Origin: an uncultured Clostridia bacterium
GTDB taxonomy: Bacteria > Bacillota > Clostridia > Lachnospirales > Lachnospiraceae
Reading direction: 5' to 3'
Length of the DNA stretch: 64,000 bases
NCBI GenBank assembly: GCA_937896665.1
Contig: CALBNS010000087.1
Coordinates: 38,375 to 102,374 of the forward strand
Shown here: piece after piece, positions 36,370 through 46,230 of the stretch
Position numbering within the stretch: the stretch's first letter is position 1
Layout of the letters: the number at the start of each line of letters is the position of its first letter
Program-made: the position numbers and the translations under genes
Notes under the pieces: generated by a model
The model's input: only the letters and a program-made list of their open reading frames with translations
What the model was told of the DNA's origin: nothing
Databases searched by the model: none

Positions 36370-36870
36370 ATGACATTATTAGAACAATGGCGAGAGACGG
36401 CTTATTCTCAGGAGATGGATAAGACTACATTACAGAAATTCTGGGCTACTTATTTTCAGATTGAGAAAGGGATTTATGAGCAGTTATTGACGAATCCGGA
36501 TGAAGAAGTTAAAGGGACTGTAAAGGAACTTGCAGAAAAATACAATGTGGAACTATTTACAATGGTTGGATTTTTAGATGGTATTAATGACAGCTTGAAA
36601 GAAGCGAATCCAATCGAGACAATGGAAGAAGATACAGTCGTAAGCCTTGGATTTGACAAAGAAAAGTTATATAAAAATATGGTAGATGCAAAAGCAGACT
36701 GGCTTTATGAACTGCCACAGTGGAATGATATTTTTACACCAGAGAAACAAAAAGAACTATATAAAGAACAGAAAAATTCAGGTACAGTCCGTAAAGAGAA
36801 GAAAATCGGAAGAAATGATCCATGTCCATGTGGAAGCGGCAAGAAATATAAAAAATGCTGTGGAAAATAA
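36370..36870 (+). CDS. SEC-C metal-binding motif protein
   Basis: C-terminal [18 protein letters not shown] (SEC-C motif). The N-terminal domain is not recognised. Confidence 0.75.
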   Translation: MTLLEQWRETAYSQEMDKTTLQKFWATYFQIEKGIYEQLLTNPDEEVKGTVKELAEKYNVELFTMVGFLDGINDSLKEANPIETMEEDTVVSLGFDKEKLYKNMVDAKADWLYELPQWNDIFTPEKQKELYKEQKNSGTVRKEKKIGRNDPCPCGSGKKYKKCCGK

Positions 36871-36939
36871 TGGGACCGTATATTTGAAAGGAAGACTGGC
36901 AACAATAATCCTGTAATAAAGAACAGGAGGAATATAATC

Positions 36940-37254
36940 ATGCCAGAATTGAGATGTACAGTCCAGACCTGCAAACACAATAAGCAGTTTTATTGTGATC
37001 TGGATCAGATTGAGGTAGGCGGTGATTCGGCTACTACTGCAAGAGAGACGCTTTGTGCAAGTTTCGTTGAGCGAAAAGGTGATGAATACAGCAATGTAAC
37101 AGGTGCAGCATCGCCAACAAGTGATATTGACTGTAAGGCGACAAAGTGTATGTATAACGAACAGTGCAAGTGTCATGCAGGTAAAATTAGCGTGGAAGGA
37201 AGCAGTGCCTGTCAGAATGATGAGACAGAATGTGCGACATTCACATATAAGTAA
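36940..37254 (+). CDS. DUF1540 domain protein (two Cys-rich repeats)
   Basis: Repeated CxxxxCxHN...C..CxA....I.V.G pattern (LRCTVQTCKHNKQFYCDLDQIEVGG and IDCKATKCMYNEQCKCHAGKISVEG). AGGAGG RBS. Confidence 0.75.
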   Translation: MPELRCTVQTCKHNKQFYCDLDQIEVGGDSATTARETLCASFVERKGDEYSNVTGAASPTSDIDCKATKCMYNEQCKCHAGKISVEGSSACQNDETECATFTYK

Positions 37255-37268
37255 TAATAGGTGATAGT

Positions 37269-37305
37269 GAGAGAGTAATGCAAGCTTGTGTTGCTCTCTC
37301 TTTTT
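37269..37305 (+). terminator. Terminator after the DUF1540 gene
   Basis: gagagagtaa (37269-37278) pairs with ttgctctctc (37291-37300), followed by TTTTT. Confidence 0.7.
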
Positions 37306-37308
37306 GGG

Positions 37309-37338
37309 TTGACTACTATAAGCACTACGAGTTATAAT
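37309..37338 (+). promoter_or_regulatory. sigmaA promoter of metA
   Basis: TTGACT at 37309-37314, 18-nt spacer, TATAAT at 37333-37338. The leader is short and has no room for a SAM riboswitch. Confidence 0.6.
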
Positions 37339-37379
37339 GTGAAATATGCGAAGAAAAGAGGGCAGGAGGAGGAAAACTT

Positions 37380-38288
37380 ATGCCGATTAGAGTGCAGAAT
37401 GATTTGCCGGTAAAAGAAATATTAGAACGTGAGAATATATTTGTAATGGACGAATTTCGTGCGATGCATCAGGATATTCGTCCGCTAAAGGTAGGACTTT
37501 TGAATTTAATGCCTTTAAAAGAAGACACAGAACTTCAGATTTTGCGTTCACTTTCTAACACACCGCTTCAGGTGGATGTGATATTTGTGAATGTCTCAAG
37601 TCATGAGTCAAAGAATACGTCAACCAGCCATCTGAATAAATTTTATATGCCATTTAGTGAGATTAAGAATCAGAAATTTGATGGTTTTATTATTACAGGT
37701 GCACCAGTAGAGCAGATGCCTTTTGAAGAAGTAGATTATTGGGAAGAATTAAAGGAAATTATGGAGTGGACAAAGAACCATGTAACTTCTACGATGCATT
37801 TATGCTGGGGAGCACAGGCAGGGCTTTATTATCATTACGGGATTGGTAAAGTGCAGACAGATGCCAAGATCTTTGGCGTGTTTGAACATCACGTGAAAAA
37901 CAGAAAGACGCCACTCGTTCGAGGATTTGATGACGTGTTTTATGCACCACATTCCCGTCATACCACGATTCCGGCAGAGGAAATACAAAAAAAAGAAAGT
38001 CTGGTTATTCTTGCAGAATCAGAGGATGCAGGTGTGTTTCTGGCAATGGAAAAGACTGGAAAACAGATTTTTGTGATGGGACATCCGGAGTATGACCGTG
38101 TAACGTTACATAACGAGTATATGAGAGATAAGAACAAAGGATTAGATATTCAGGTGCCAAAGAACTATTATAAAGATGATAATTGTGAGAACAGGCCGTT
38201 GCTTACATGGCGTGCTCATGCGAATAATCTTTATACAAACTGGCTAAATTATTATGTTTATCAGGTAACTCCATATGATCTTTGTTAA
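37380..38288 (+). CDS. metA: Homoserine O-acyltransferase MetA
   Basis: MPIRVQNDLPV...LNLMPLK...HLCWGAQAG is typical of Met[13 protein letters not shown]. Confidence 0.93.
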   Translation: MPIRVQNDLPVKEILERENIFVMDEFRAMHQDIRPLKVGLLNLMPLKEDTELQILRSLSNTPLQVDVIFVNVSSHESKNTSTSHLNKFYMPFSEIKNQKFDGFIITGAPVEQMPFEEVDYWEELKEIMEWTKNHVTSTMHLCWGAQAGLYYHYGIGKVQTDAKIFGVFEHHVKNRKTPLVRGFDDVFYAPHSRHTTIPAEEIQKKESLVILAESEDAGVFLAMEKTGKQIFVMGHPEYDRVTLHNEYMRDKNKGLDIQVPKNYYKDDNCENRPLLTWRAHANNLYTNWLNYYVYQVTPYDLC

Positions 38289-38536
38289 AGCATTGAAAAT
38301 TTTGATATAAATTGATACTATTTTGTAGATAGTGGAGTTAAAATGGAAATTTTTGAGTTTGTAAGTGGAGACGCTTTTATATGTTATTTGGGCGATAATC
38401 TCTTTTTGTAATATCCATAAATTTTCTGCCTTTTCATTAAAATAGGAGAGAGTATTAAAACTCCCTCCTATTAGTTTTATTTGCAAGTGTTTCAGCGTCA
38501 TTCATTCAGTAAAGTTTAATATCTTCTATAGAAAGT

Positions 38537-38561
38537 AAAAAGCCCCAATTTAAATTGGGGC
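38537..38561 (-). terminator. Terminator of the 38550-39053 gene (the stop codon lies in the hairpin)
   Basis: Palindrome gccccaattt/aaattggggc (38542-38561), with an A5 run at 38537-38541 that reads as a T-run on the minus strand. Confidence 0.65.
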
Positions 38562-39053
38562 GGTAAATAATCCTATACTTGGTGGGAAAAAGGTGAACAA
38601 TATGAAACATATGAAGAAGGCACATACTGCAATAAAAAGCAAGAATGTGTAATTTTGTAATCGACAAGATGATGTTAATTTGTACACAGCACAAAATGTA
38701 ATAATGACAGCTAATATAAAGGTAAAGAAATCTAATATAAATAAATTATAACCGAGTACTCCTGTGTAAGTATAGAAAATAATTGGTATAAGGGCAGTTC
38801 CAACTAAAGTACCAAATAATAATGCAGAAGTAATGCAAGGGTAGTTTTCTTTTAATTTTGGCATTGAAATTAAAGAGAATAGCAACATGGGAAAGAATAT
38901 TAGTTTCATATGCTCCCACGTTGATTCATTTGTTGGGGTAAATAATCCTACTATAAAGTTATTATTTGACCACTCGTAGAAAAAATGAGCGAGAGTCCCT
39001 AATATTATCACAAATGCGGTTCCAATTATCGTATAACGCTTTAATTGATTCAT
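38550..39053 (-). CDS. Hypothetical polytopic membrane protein (DUF6512-like)
   Basis: About 5 hydrophobic helices. FFYEWSNNN...STWEHMKL resembles the DUF6512 family (from memory). ATG 39053 follows GAGGTGA. Confidence 0.6.
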   Translation of the reverse strand: MNQLKRYTIIGTAFVIILGTLAHFFYEWSNNNFIVGLFTPTNESTWEHMKLIFFPMLLFSLISMPKLKENYPCITSALLFGTLVGTALIPIIFYTYTGVLGYNLFILDFFTFILAVIITFCAVYKLTSSCRLQNYTFLLFIAVCAFFICFILFTFFPPSIGLFTAPI

Positions 39054-39244
39054 CAAATCACCTCTGGGATATTATATGTAACAAGAAATTAAATAATTAA
39101 TCTAAATAAGATTATAGGAACGACATCATTAAAATAATTGGCAGTCATAATCGTAAGTTTTGTCAAGGACAATGATTTATTTTTGCTTGAAAAAATAGCT
39201 GAAATTTGATAATCATTTTTGTGTATTATTTCTGAAAGAATAAT

Positions 39245-39273
39245 GTTGACGATACGAAACTCGAATGATAGTA
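39245..39273 (+). promoter_or_regulatory. Candidate promoter of nrdDG
   Basis: TTGACG at 39245-39250, 17-nt spacer, TGa-TAGTAT extended -10 at 39265-39273. Confidence 0.5.
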
Positions 39274-39288
39274 TATTTAGTACACGAC

Positions 39289-39304
39289 AATACATCATAT
39301 TGTT
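39289..39304. promoter_or_regulatory. Candidate NrdR box 1
   Basis: ATACATCATATTGTTA matches about 11/16 of the acaCwAtATaTwGtgt consensus. It lies just downstream of the putative -10. Confidence 0.4.
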
Positions 39305-39320
39305 ATTGTGACAATAATGA

Positions 39321-39336
39321 AATACTAGATATAGAA
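39321..39336. promoter_or_regulatory. Candidate NrdR box 2
   Basis: ATACTAGATATAGAAT (core CTAGATATAG, 9/10). Centre-to-centre distance to box 1 is 32 bp, the usual tandem NrdR spacing. Confidence 0.4.
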
Positions 39337-39366
39337 TTAAATACGAGAGGAGAAAGGAGAAGACAT

Positions 39367-41487
39367 ATGATAAGAGTTATTAAAAAAGATGGAACAAAAG
39401 AAGATTTTAACGTCCAGAAAGTAGTTGTAGCGGTGAATAAGTCTGCATATCGTGCATTGATTAAGTTTACTGATGAAGAACTGGATTTTATCTGTAAGTT
39501 TGTAGAAGAAGAAGTAAAGAAGATGAATATACAGGAAATTCGTATTGCACAGATGCACAATGTAGTAGAAGGTGCACTTGAAAAAGTGAATCCGATGGTT
39601 GCAAAGAGTTATCGTGATTACCGTAATTATAAGCAGGATTTTGTGCAGATGCTGGATGATGTATATAAGAAAAGTCAATCTATTATGTACATTGGTGATA
39701 AAGAGAACAGTAACACAGACAGTGCGCTGGTTTCTACGAAGAGAAGTTTAATTTTTAACGAGCTGAACAAAGAGCTGTATAAGAAATTTTTCCTGACGGT
39801 TGAAGAGATTCAGGCGATTCGGGAGGGATATATCTATATCCATGATATGTCTGCAAGAAGAGATACGATGAATTGCTGCCTGTTTGATGTAAAGAATGTT
39901 CTGACCGGTGGATTTGAGATGGGGAATCTCTGGTACAATGAGCCGAAGACATTGGATACAGCTTTTGATGTGATTGGTGATATTGTGTTGAGTGCAGCAA
40001 GTCAGCAGTATGGTGGTTTTACTGTACCGAGTGTAGATGATATTCTGGAACCTTATGCCGAGAAGTCTTATAATAAACATCTTGAGAAATATAAATCTCT
40101 TGGATTGTCAGATGAAAAGGCTGCAGAAGTAGCATGGGCGGATTTAGAAAAAGAGATGGAACAAGGTTTCCAGGGATGGGAATATAAGTTCAATTCGGTA
40201 TCTTCAAGCCGTGGTGACTATCCATTTATTACGGTAACTTCCGGAACGAATACAACAAAGTTCGGAAAGATGGCTACGATTAAGATGCTTCAGGTGCGAC
40301 AAAACGGACAAGGAAAGCCGGGACACAAGAAACCGGTATTATTCCCTAAGATTGTATTTTTATATGATGAGAATCTTCATGGACCGGGAAAACCATTGGA
40401 AGATGTATTTGAGGCGGGAATTGAGTGCTCTAGAAGAACGATGTATCCGGACTGGCTGAGTCTTACAGGAAAAGGTTATGTGGCGAGCATGTACAAGCAG
40501 TACGGCAAGATTGTGAGTCCAATGGGATGTCGTGCATTTCTTTCACCTTGGTATGAAAGAGGTGGTATGAACCCGGCTGATGAGAATGACACACCGGTAT
40601 TTGTTGGAAGATTTAATATTGGTGCTGTAAGTCTCCATTTGCCGATGATCTATGCAAAGGCAAAACAAGAAAGCAGAGACTTCTATGAAGTTTTAGATTA
40701 TTATTTGGAATTGATCCGTCAGCTTCATATCAGAACATACGATTATCTCGGTGAGATGAAGGCTTCAACCAATCCGTTGGCATACTGCGAAGGTGGTTTT
40801 TATGGTGGCAAGCTTGGTTTGTACGACAAGATTAAACCACTGTTAAAATCAGCGACAGCTTCATTTGGTATTACAGCGTTTAATGAATTGCAGCAGCTGC
40901 ATAATAAAAAATCACTCGTAGAAGACGGAAAATTTGCCCTTGGAGTTCTAGAGTATATTAATAAAAAGGTAAACCAGTTTAAAGAAGAAGACGGACATCT
41001 ATATGCGATCTATGGTACACCGGCAGAGAGCCTTTGCGGTCTTCAGGTACAGCAGTTCCGTAAGAAATATGGGATTATTGAAAATGTATCGGATAGAGAA
41101 TATGTAAGCAATAGTTTCCATTGTCATGTAACAGAGGATATTACACCAATTCAGAAACAGGACTTAGAAGCACGTTTCTGGGATTTGAGTAATGGTGGAA
41201 AAATTCAGTATGTAAAATACCCGATTAACTATAATGTAGAAGCAGTGAAGTCACTGGTGCGCCGTGCTATGGACATGGGATTTTATGAAGGTGTGAATTT
41301 GTCGCTGGCATACTGTGACGATTGCGGACATGAAGAACTTGCTATGGATGTGTGTCCGAAATGCGGAAGCAAGAATCTGACAAAGATTGAACGTATGAAC
41401 GGATATCTGTCATATTCGCGTGTAAAAGGTGATACGCGTTTGAATGATGCCAAGATGGCAGAAATTGCAGAAAGGAAAAGTATGTAA
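39367..41487 (+). CDS. nrdD: Anaerobic ribonucleoside-triphosphate reductase
   Basis: N-terminal ATP-cone (VIKKDGTKEDFNVQKV), the class III core, the C-terminal Zn site CDDCGHE...CPKCGS and the glycyl-radical region. ATG 39367 follows AAAGGAG. Confidence 0.95.
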   Translation: MIRVIKKDGTKEDFNVQKVVVAVNKSAYRALIKFTDEELDFICKFVEEEVKKMNIQEIRIAQMHNVVEGALEKVNPMVAKSYRDYRNYKQDFVQMLDDVYKKSQSIMYIGDKENSNTDSALVSTKRSLIFNELNKELYKKFFLTVEEIQAIREGYIYIHDMSARRDTMNCCLFDVKNVLTGGFEMGNLWYNEPKTLDTAFDVIGDIVLSAASQQYGGFTVPSVDDILEPYAEKSYNKHLEKYKSLGLSDEKAAEVAWADLEKEMEQGFQGWEYKFNSVSSSRGDYPFITVTSGTNTTKFGKMATIKMLQVRQNGQGKPGHKKPVLFPKIVFLYDENLHGPGKPLEDVFEAGIECSRRTMYPDWLSLTGKGYVASMYKQYGKIVSPMGCRAFLSPWYERGGMNPADENDTPVFVGRFNIGAVSLHLPMIYAKAKQESRDFYEVLDYYLELIRQLHIRTYDYLGEMKASTNPLAYCEGGFYGGKLGLYDKIKPLLKSATASFGITAFNELQQLHNKKSLVEDGKFALGVLEYINKKVNQFKEEDGHLYAIYGTPAESLCGLQVQQFRKKYGIIENVSDREYVSNSFHCHVTEDITPIQKQDLEARFWDLSNGGKIQYVKYPINYNVEAVKSLVRRAMDMGFYEGVNLSLAYCDDCGHEELAMDVCPKCGSKNLTKIERMNGYLSYSRVKGDTRLNDAKMAEIAERKSM

Positions 41488-41984
41488 TGCGATATCATAA
41501 TATCACAAAAGACGATATGCTCAACGGAGATGGGCTGCGTGTTGTGTTATGGGTGGCTGGCTGTTCTCATTGTTGTAAAGATTGCCAGAACCCAATCACA
41601 TGGGATCCGAATGGTGGATTAGAGTTTGATGAGGCTGCAAAGCAAGAGATTTTTGATGAACTTGAAAAAGATTACATAAGCGGTATTACCTTTAGTGGCG
41701 GTGACCCCCTACACATTAGTAATGCATTTGATGTTACTGAATTGGCGAAGGAAATTCGAGAAAGATATCCGGATAAGACAATCTGGTTATATACCGGATC
41801 TGAATGGAAGGACGTTGAGCAAATGCGAATTATACAATATCTGGATGTGCTGGTAGACGGTGAATTTCAGGTGGATAAAAAAGATGTAACTCTTCACTGG
41901 GTAGGAAGTTCAAACCAGAAGGTAATCAATGTAAAGAAGACACTGGAAAAAGGAGAAATTGTATTACATGAAACGAATTGCTAA
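41487..41984 (+). CDS. nrdG: Anaerobic RNR activating protein (radical SAM)
   Basis: CSHCCKDCQN cluster motif. TAATG overlap with nrdD. Confidence 0.93.
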   Translation: MRYHNITKDDMLNGDGLRVVLWVAGCSHCCKDCQNPITWDPNGGLEFDEAAKQEIFDELEKDYISGITFSGGDPLHISNAFDVTELAKEIRERYPDKTIWLYTGSEWKDVEQMRIIQYLDVLVDGEFQVDKKDVTLHWVGSSNQKVINVKKTLEKGEIVLHETNC

Positions 41985-42480
41985 ATTTCATAAGGTAAGT
42001 TTTGAACAATTTCAGGAAGGCTGGCTGGCTGCGTTTGGGGATACAGAGGCAGAAGAATTAAAAAGGCTGTATGACAACATAAAACTTCCAAAAAGAGCAA
42101 CATCAGGCTCTGCAGGATATGATTTCTACACACCTGCATCGATGACAATCAAGCCGGGAGAGACGGTAAAGATTCCAACAGGTATCCGGGTAGAGATGGA
42201 CGAAAACTGGGTGTTAAAGTGTTATCCTAGAAGTGGACTTGGCTTTAAGTTCCGCCTGCAGTTGAATAATACAGTAGGGATTATTGACAGCGATTATTTC
42301 TACTCAGACAACGAAGGTCATATTTTTGTAAAGCTTACGAATGACACGAATGAAGGAAGGACGGTTGAGCTGGCAGAAGGTACTGGCTTCATGCAAGGGA
42401 TTTTTGTAGAATATGGGATTACGGTAGATGATGATGTAAAAGCTATCCGAAACGGAGGCTTTGGCAGTACAACGAAATAA
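41968..42480 (+). CDS. dut: dUTP diphosphatase
   Basis: dUTPase motifs SGSAGYDFY, GIIDSDY and RNGGFGSTT. Start uncertain: ATG 41968 or TTG 41959. Overlaps the nrdG 3' end. Confidence 0.85.
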   Translation: MKRIAKFHKVSFEQFQEGWLAAFGDTEAEELKRLYDNIKLPKRATSGSAGYDFYTPASMTIKPGETVKIPTGIRVEMDENWVLKCYPRSGLGFKFRLQLNNTVGIIDSDYFYSDNEGHIFVKLTNDTNEGRTVELAEGTGFMQGIFVEYGITVDDDVKAIRNGGFGSTTK

Positions 42481-42556
42481 AAGTGCGCTGGCACAGGAAT
42501 AGAATCCTTCGGATATGGAAACTCTAAAAAGAGATGACAGATTCGGAGGATTTTTT

Positions 42557-43927
42557 ATGGTAAACAACAAGATTGTTGGAAAGGTATTTGATACATTACA
42601 GGAGAATGTAGATTATATTAATCATATTTTGCCGGTGAAAGAAAGCTTTGATTTACTTCAACGGGATATTATAATTGGAGAAAAACAAAGCAGCTTTTTC
42701 TTTATAGATGGTTTTACGAAAGATGAAACTATGCAGAAGATTATGACTTCTTTTTTTTCAATCAAAAAGGAAGATATGCCGAGTACAGCTACGGGATTTT
42801 CCAAATTGGCGATGCCATACGTGGAAGTTGATATCATCGATGATTTTGATTTGATTGTACGCAATATATTATCGGGTGTCACTTGCTTATTTATAGAAGG
42901 ATATAATGCATGTATTGCGATTGACTGCAGAACTTATCCAGCAAGAAGTGTAGAAGAGCCGGATAAGGATAAATCCCTAAGAGGTTCGAGAGACGGATTT
43001 GTTGAAACAATTGTATTTAATACAGCATTGATAAGGAGAAGAATCCGTGATCCGCATTTAGTAATGAAAATGTTCGATGTTGGTGACAGTACAAGAACAG
43101 ACGTGACACTTTGTTATATGTCAGACCGCGTAGACCGGAAATTGTTACAGCATCTAGAGAATAAAATACAGAATTTAGAGATTGATTCTCTGCAGATGAA
43201 TCAGCAGAGTCTTGCTGAAGCTCTATTTAAAAGAAAGTGGTTTAATCCATTTCCGAAATTTAAGTTTACAGAACGGCCGGATACAGCGGCTGTATGTCTA
43301 CTGGAAGGAAAGGTGATTCTTTTGGTGGACAATTCACCGTCTGCGATGATCTTGCCGACTTCTCTCCTGGATATGATCGAGGAGGCAAATGATTACTATT
43401 TTCCGACTGTTACAAACATTTATCTGAAAATCACCAGGACATTGATAACGGTTGCGACTGTATTTTTTACTCCTCTCTTTTTGTTGCTGATGCAAAATAC
43501 GCAATGGGTTCCTAAAATGTTTGAGTTTGTAATTTTACGAGATGCTGTAAATATTCCGTTGATTTTTCAGTTTTTGATTCTAGAGCTTGCAATTGATGGT
43601 CTGAGGCTCGCAGCGCTGAATACGCCGAGCATGCTAAGTACACCACTCAGTGTGATTGCCGGTGTTGTTGTCGGCGAATTTTCTGTACGATCCGGCTGGT
43701 TTAACAGCGAGGTAATGCTTTACATGAGCTTTGTGGCTGTAGCAAACTATACGCAACCAAACTTTGAATTAGGATACGCATTGAAATTTATGAGGCTGCT
43801 CCTTCTAATATTGACAGCATGTTTTAATTGGATCGGATTCTTTGCGGGGACTGTTATTACGATTTGTTTTGTTGTGTTTAACCGCACAATTGCAGGAGGG
43901 AATTATTTCTTCAGAGCTTCCAAATAA
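42557..43927 (+). CDS. GerA-family spore germination protein (A-subunit/SpoVAF-like), stand-alone
   Basis: GerA-family core (SLRGSRDGFVETIVFNTALIRRRIRDP) and a C-terminal block of about 5 TM helices. ATG 42557 follows GGAGG. Confidence 0.85.
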   Translation: MVNNKIVGKVFDTLQENVDYINHILPVKESFDLLQRDIIIGEKQSSFFFIDGFTKDETMQKIMTSFFSIKKEDMPSTATGFSKLAMPYVEVDIIDDFDLIVRNILSGVTCLFIEGYNACIAIDCRTYPARSVEEPDKDKSLRGSRDGFVETIVFNTALIRRRIRDPHLVMKMFDVGDSTRTDVTLCYMSDRVDRKLLQHLENKIQNLEIDSLQMNQQSLAEALFKRKWFNPFPKFKFTERPDTAAVCLLEGKVILLVDNSPSAMILPTSLLDMIEEANDYYFPTVTNIYLKITRTLITVATVFFTPLFLLLMQNTQWVPKMFEFVILRDAVNIPLIFQFLILELAIDGLRLAALNTPSMLSTPLSVIAGVVVGEFSVRSGWFNSEVMLYMSFVAVANYTQPNFELGYALKFMRLLLLILTACFNWIGFFAGTVITICFVVFNRTIAGGNYFFRASK

Positions 43928-43931
43928 AAAA

Positions 43932-43970
43932 AGGTGGTGTGATTTTGAAAAAAACACATCACCTATTTTT
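43932..43970. terminator. Bidirectional terminator (gerA-like / SNF transporter)
   Basis: aggtggtgtg (43932-43941) pairs with cacatcacct (43955-43964), with one G.U pair, flanked by A6 and a T-rich tail. Confidence 0.7.
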
Positions 43971-43973
43971 ATT

Positions 43974-45329
43974 TTAGAGTGTTAACCAGCCCATTCCGGA
44001 TGCAATAGAACTGCCCAAGATTATGATTAAGAAAATAGGAGCTATCCATTTAATCATAATTGTAAACATTTTCTCGCTTTTAAAGGTATGTCCTGGTGTT
44101 TTTACCTCGTCTGCAATTACTTTTGGTCCGATTACGAAACCTACAAGTACACATGTAAAGAATGCTACGATAGGCATGAGTACGCTGTTGCTGATGAAAT
44201 CAAAAGTATCCAGGATTGATAAACCATTAAAGAATGTTATGTCGCTCCATGCACTGAAACCTAATGATGAAGGGATACCCATAATCAGTGAAACAACCGT
44301 TACAACAATGCAGGTGAATTTTCTTGACCAATTCAGTTTGTCTCTGAGAATAGAAACGATGGTTTCCATCAGAGAAATAGAAGAGGTCAGTGCGGCGAAA
44401 AATACTAAAACAAAGAATACTGTTCCGATAATACCACCGAATGCCATGCTGTTAAATACTTTTGGAAGTGTAATGAACATCAGGCTTGGACCTGCTTTTA
44501 AATTTTCTGTTGTTCCACCTGAGAAAGCAAATACAGCAGGGATTACCATAAGACCTGCCATGAATGCGATACCTGTGTCAAAAAGTTCAATCTGACGTAC
44601 AGAAGCTTCGAGATTATCCTTTTTCATATAGGAACCGTATGTGACCATGATACCCATTGCCAATGACATAGAATAGAACATCTGTCCCATCGCCGCTAAA
44701 ATTGTTTTCGGTGAGAAATCCTTCATGTTTGGCTTGATATAATAAATTAATCCTTCCATTGCTCCGTCTACTGTCAGTCCGTAGATTGCAATTACAACAG
44801 TCAGAACAACCAGAACAGGCATCATGAACTTGCTTACATTCTCAATTCCTTTTTCTACTCCCAGGAAAACAATTAATGCAGTCAATGCAATGAACAGACT
44901 GAACCAGCCAATTGGCTCCTTTACAGAGCTGATAAAGTTTGTGAAATAAGTATCGCTGGCCGCATCGTGAACTCCGCCACTAGCAAAAGTAAGGAAATAT
45001 TTGATTACCCACCCGCCGATTACACTGTAATATGGGAAAATGATAATCGGAACGGCAGAGGCTAAAATGCCTAAGAATCCAAAACGTTTATCTAATTTTT
45101 TAAATGCGCCGATGGCACTTAAGCCTGTCTTGCGTCCAATGGCGATCTCAGCAATCATAAGTGTGAATCCAAATGTCACGGCTAAGATTAAATAGGTTAA
45201 TAAAAATGTTCCGCCCCCGTATTGTGCTGCAAGATATGGAAAACGCCAGATATTGCCAAGACCTACGGCAGAACCGGCAGCAGCAAGAACAAATCCAATT
45301 TTGCTGGTAAAGCTACTACGTTGTGTCAT
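43974..45329 (-). CDS. Sodium-dependent transporter, neurotransmitter:sodium symporter (SNF) family
   Basis: SNF signature AAGSAVGLGNIWRFPY and about 11-12 TM helices. AGGAGGA RBS. Confidence 0.93.
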   Translation of the reverse strand: MTQRSSFTSKIGFVLAAAGSAVGLGNIWRFPYLAAQYGGGTFLLTYLILAVTFGFTLMIAEIAIGRKTGLSAIGAFKKLDKRFGFLGILASAVPIIIFPYYSVIGGWVIKYFLTFASGGVHDAASDTYFTNFISSVKEPIGWFSLFIALTALIVFLGVEKGIENVSKFMMPVLVVLTVVIAIYGLTVDGAMEGLIYYIKPNMKDFSPKTILAAMGQMFYSMSLAMGIMVTYGSYMKKDNLEASVRQIELFDTGIAFMAGLMVIPAVFAFSGGTTENLKAGPSLMFITLPKVFNSMAFGGIIGTVFFVLVFFAALTSSISLMETIVSILRDKLNWSRKFTCIVVTVVSLIMGIPSSLGFSAWSDITFFNGLSILDTFDFISNSVLMPIVAFFTCVLVGFVIGPKVIADEVKTPGHTFKSEKMFTIMIKWIAPIFLIIILGSSIASGMGWLTL

Positions 45330-45493
45330 ATAAAATCCTCCTCGTTAAGTATATACTTTTCTCTTCTTGTAAAAAAAGCTCAAACATGTCCTTTATTATG
45401 CCATATATAAAAGAAAATAACAAGTTTTTTAAGCATACTTTGATTAAAAACACACATATTAACAGTATAATACAAGCAGGAGGGAAAAATGTT

Positions 45494-45925
45494 ATGAATG
45501 AACATACAAGAAAATTATTACAGGAATGCAATTCCGGTGAGAAGATGGCAATTAATAGTATGAATCAGGTGCTGGAATATGTAGAAGGAGAAAAACTACG
45601 CCAATTGATTAATAAGTATAAAAGAAAACACGAAAACCTAGAGCGGGAGTGCGAAAAGCTTCTCGCACAATGTGGTGAAGAGGGGAAGGAGCCGGGCATT
45701 ATGGCGGCTGCATTTTCCAATATTTCTACAACAATGAAATTAGCATTAAATGAGAGGGACAGTAAAATTGCAGAGATTATGTTGGATGGGTGCAATATGG
45801 GTATTAAATCAGTCTGCAAATATCAGAATCAGTTTACGGATGTGTCAAAAGAAAGTAAATCTCATGCAGAGACATTAGTGAGGACAGAAGAGGAGTTTAT
45901 GAAAGAATTAAAAGGATACGTGTAG
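45494..45925 (+). CDS. Hypothetical helical protein (143 aa)
   Basis: ATG 45494 lies about 8 nt after GGAGGGA. Predicted all-helical, charged. The track ORF start 45323 is over-extended. Family not recognised with confidence. Confidence 0.55.
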   Translation: MNEHTRKLLQECNSGEKMAINSMNQVLEYVEGEKLRQLINKYKRKHENLERECEKLLAQCGEEGKEPGIMAAAFSNISTTMKLALNERDSKIAEIMLDGCNMGIKSVCKYQNQFTDVSKESKSHAETLVRTEEEFMKELKGYV

Positions 45926-46042
45926 GAAAAGCGGAGGGAAATTCCCTCTGTTCTTTTATATATTTTTGTGGTACAATAAGGAGCATGAAAATCGAGACAT
46001 AAAAAGTAAAAAATATAAAAATAAGAAAAAGTATAAAAATAC

Positions 46043-46071
46043 TTGACACACAAATTGGAATATGCTAAATT
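46043..46071 (+). promoter_or_regulatory. sigmaA promoter of the infC-rpmI-rplT operon
   Basis: TTGACA at 46043-46048, 17-nt spacer, TGc-TAAATT extended -10 at 46063-46071. Confidence 0.6.
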
Positions 46072-46077
46072 GTTACT

Positions 46078-46230
46078 TGCGTAAGGCAAAAAGAAAGCAG
46101 AGTTCCACTCTCACCCTGGCATAATCGAGTGACCAGCGGTTGATATTGAAGCATAACGAAAAGGTACATAGAATGTAGCTGTAGTGTGTTGAATTTGAGG
46201 TGGATAGCTTTGGCTATTCATTTTTTGCGT
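46078..46230 (+). promoter_or_regulatory. Probable L20 leader (ribosomal-protein autoregulatory attenuator)
   Basis: About 210-nt untranslated leader before infC, ending in the hairpin ggatagc-tttg-gctattc plus aTTTTTT (46202-46226). Position and architecture match the Firmicute L20 leader. Not verified against a covariance model. Confidence 0.5.

Noticed and set aside
38343-38411. 22-codon ORF MEIFEFVSGDAFICYLGDNLFL with a GGAG 6 nt upstream, in the metA / DUF6512-like intergenic region.
   Set aside because: It is too short to evaluate. No promoter, downstream regulated gene or conservation evidence is available, so it is likely chance.
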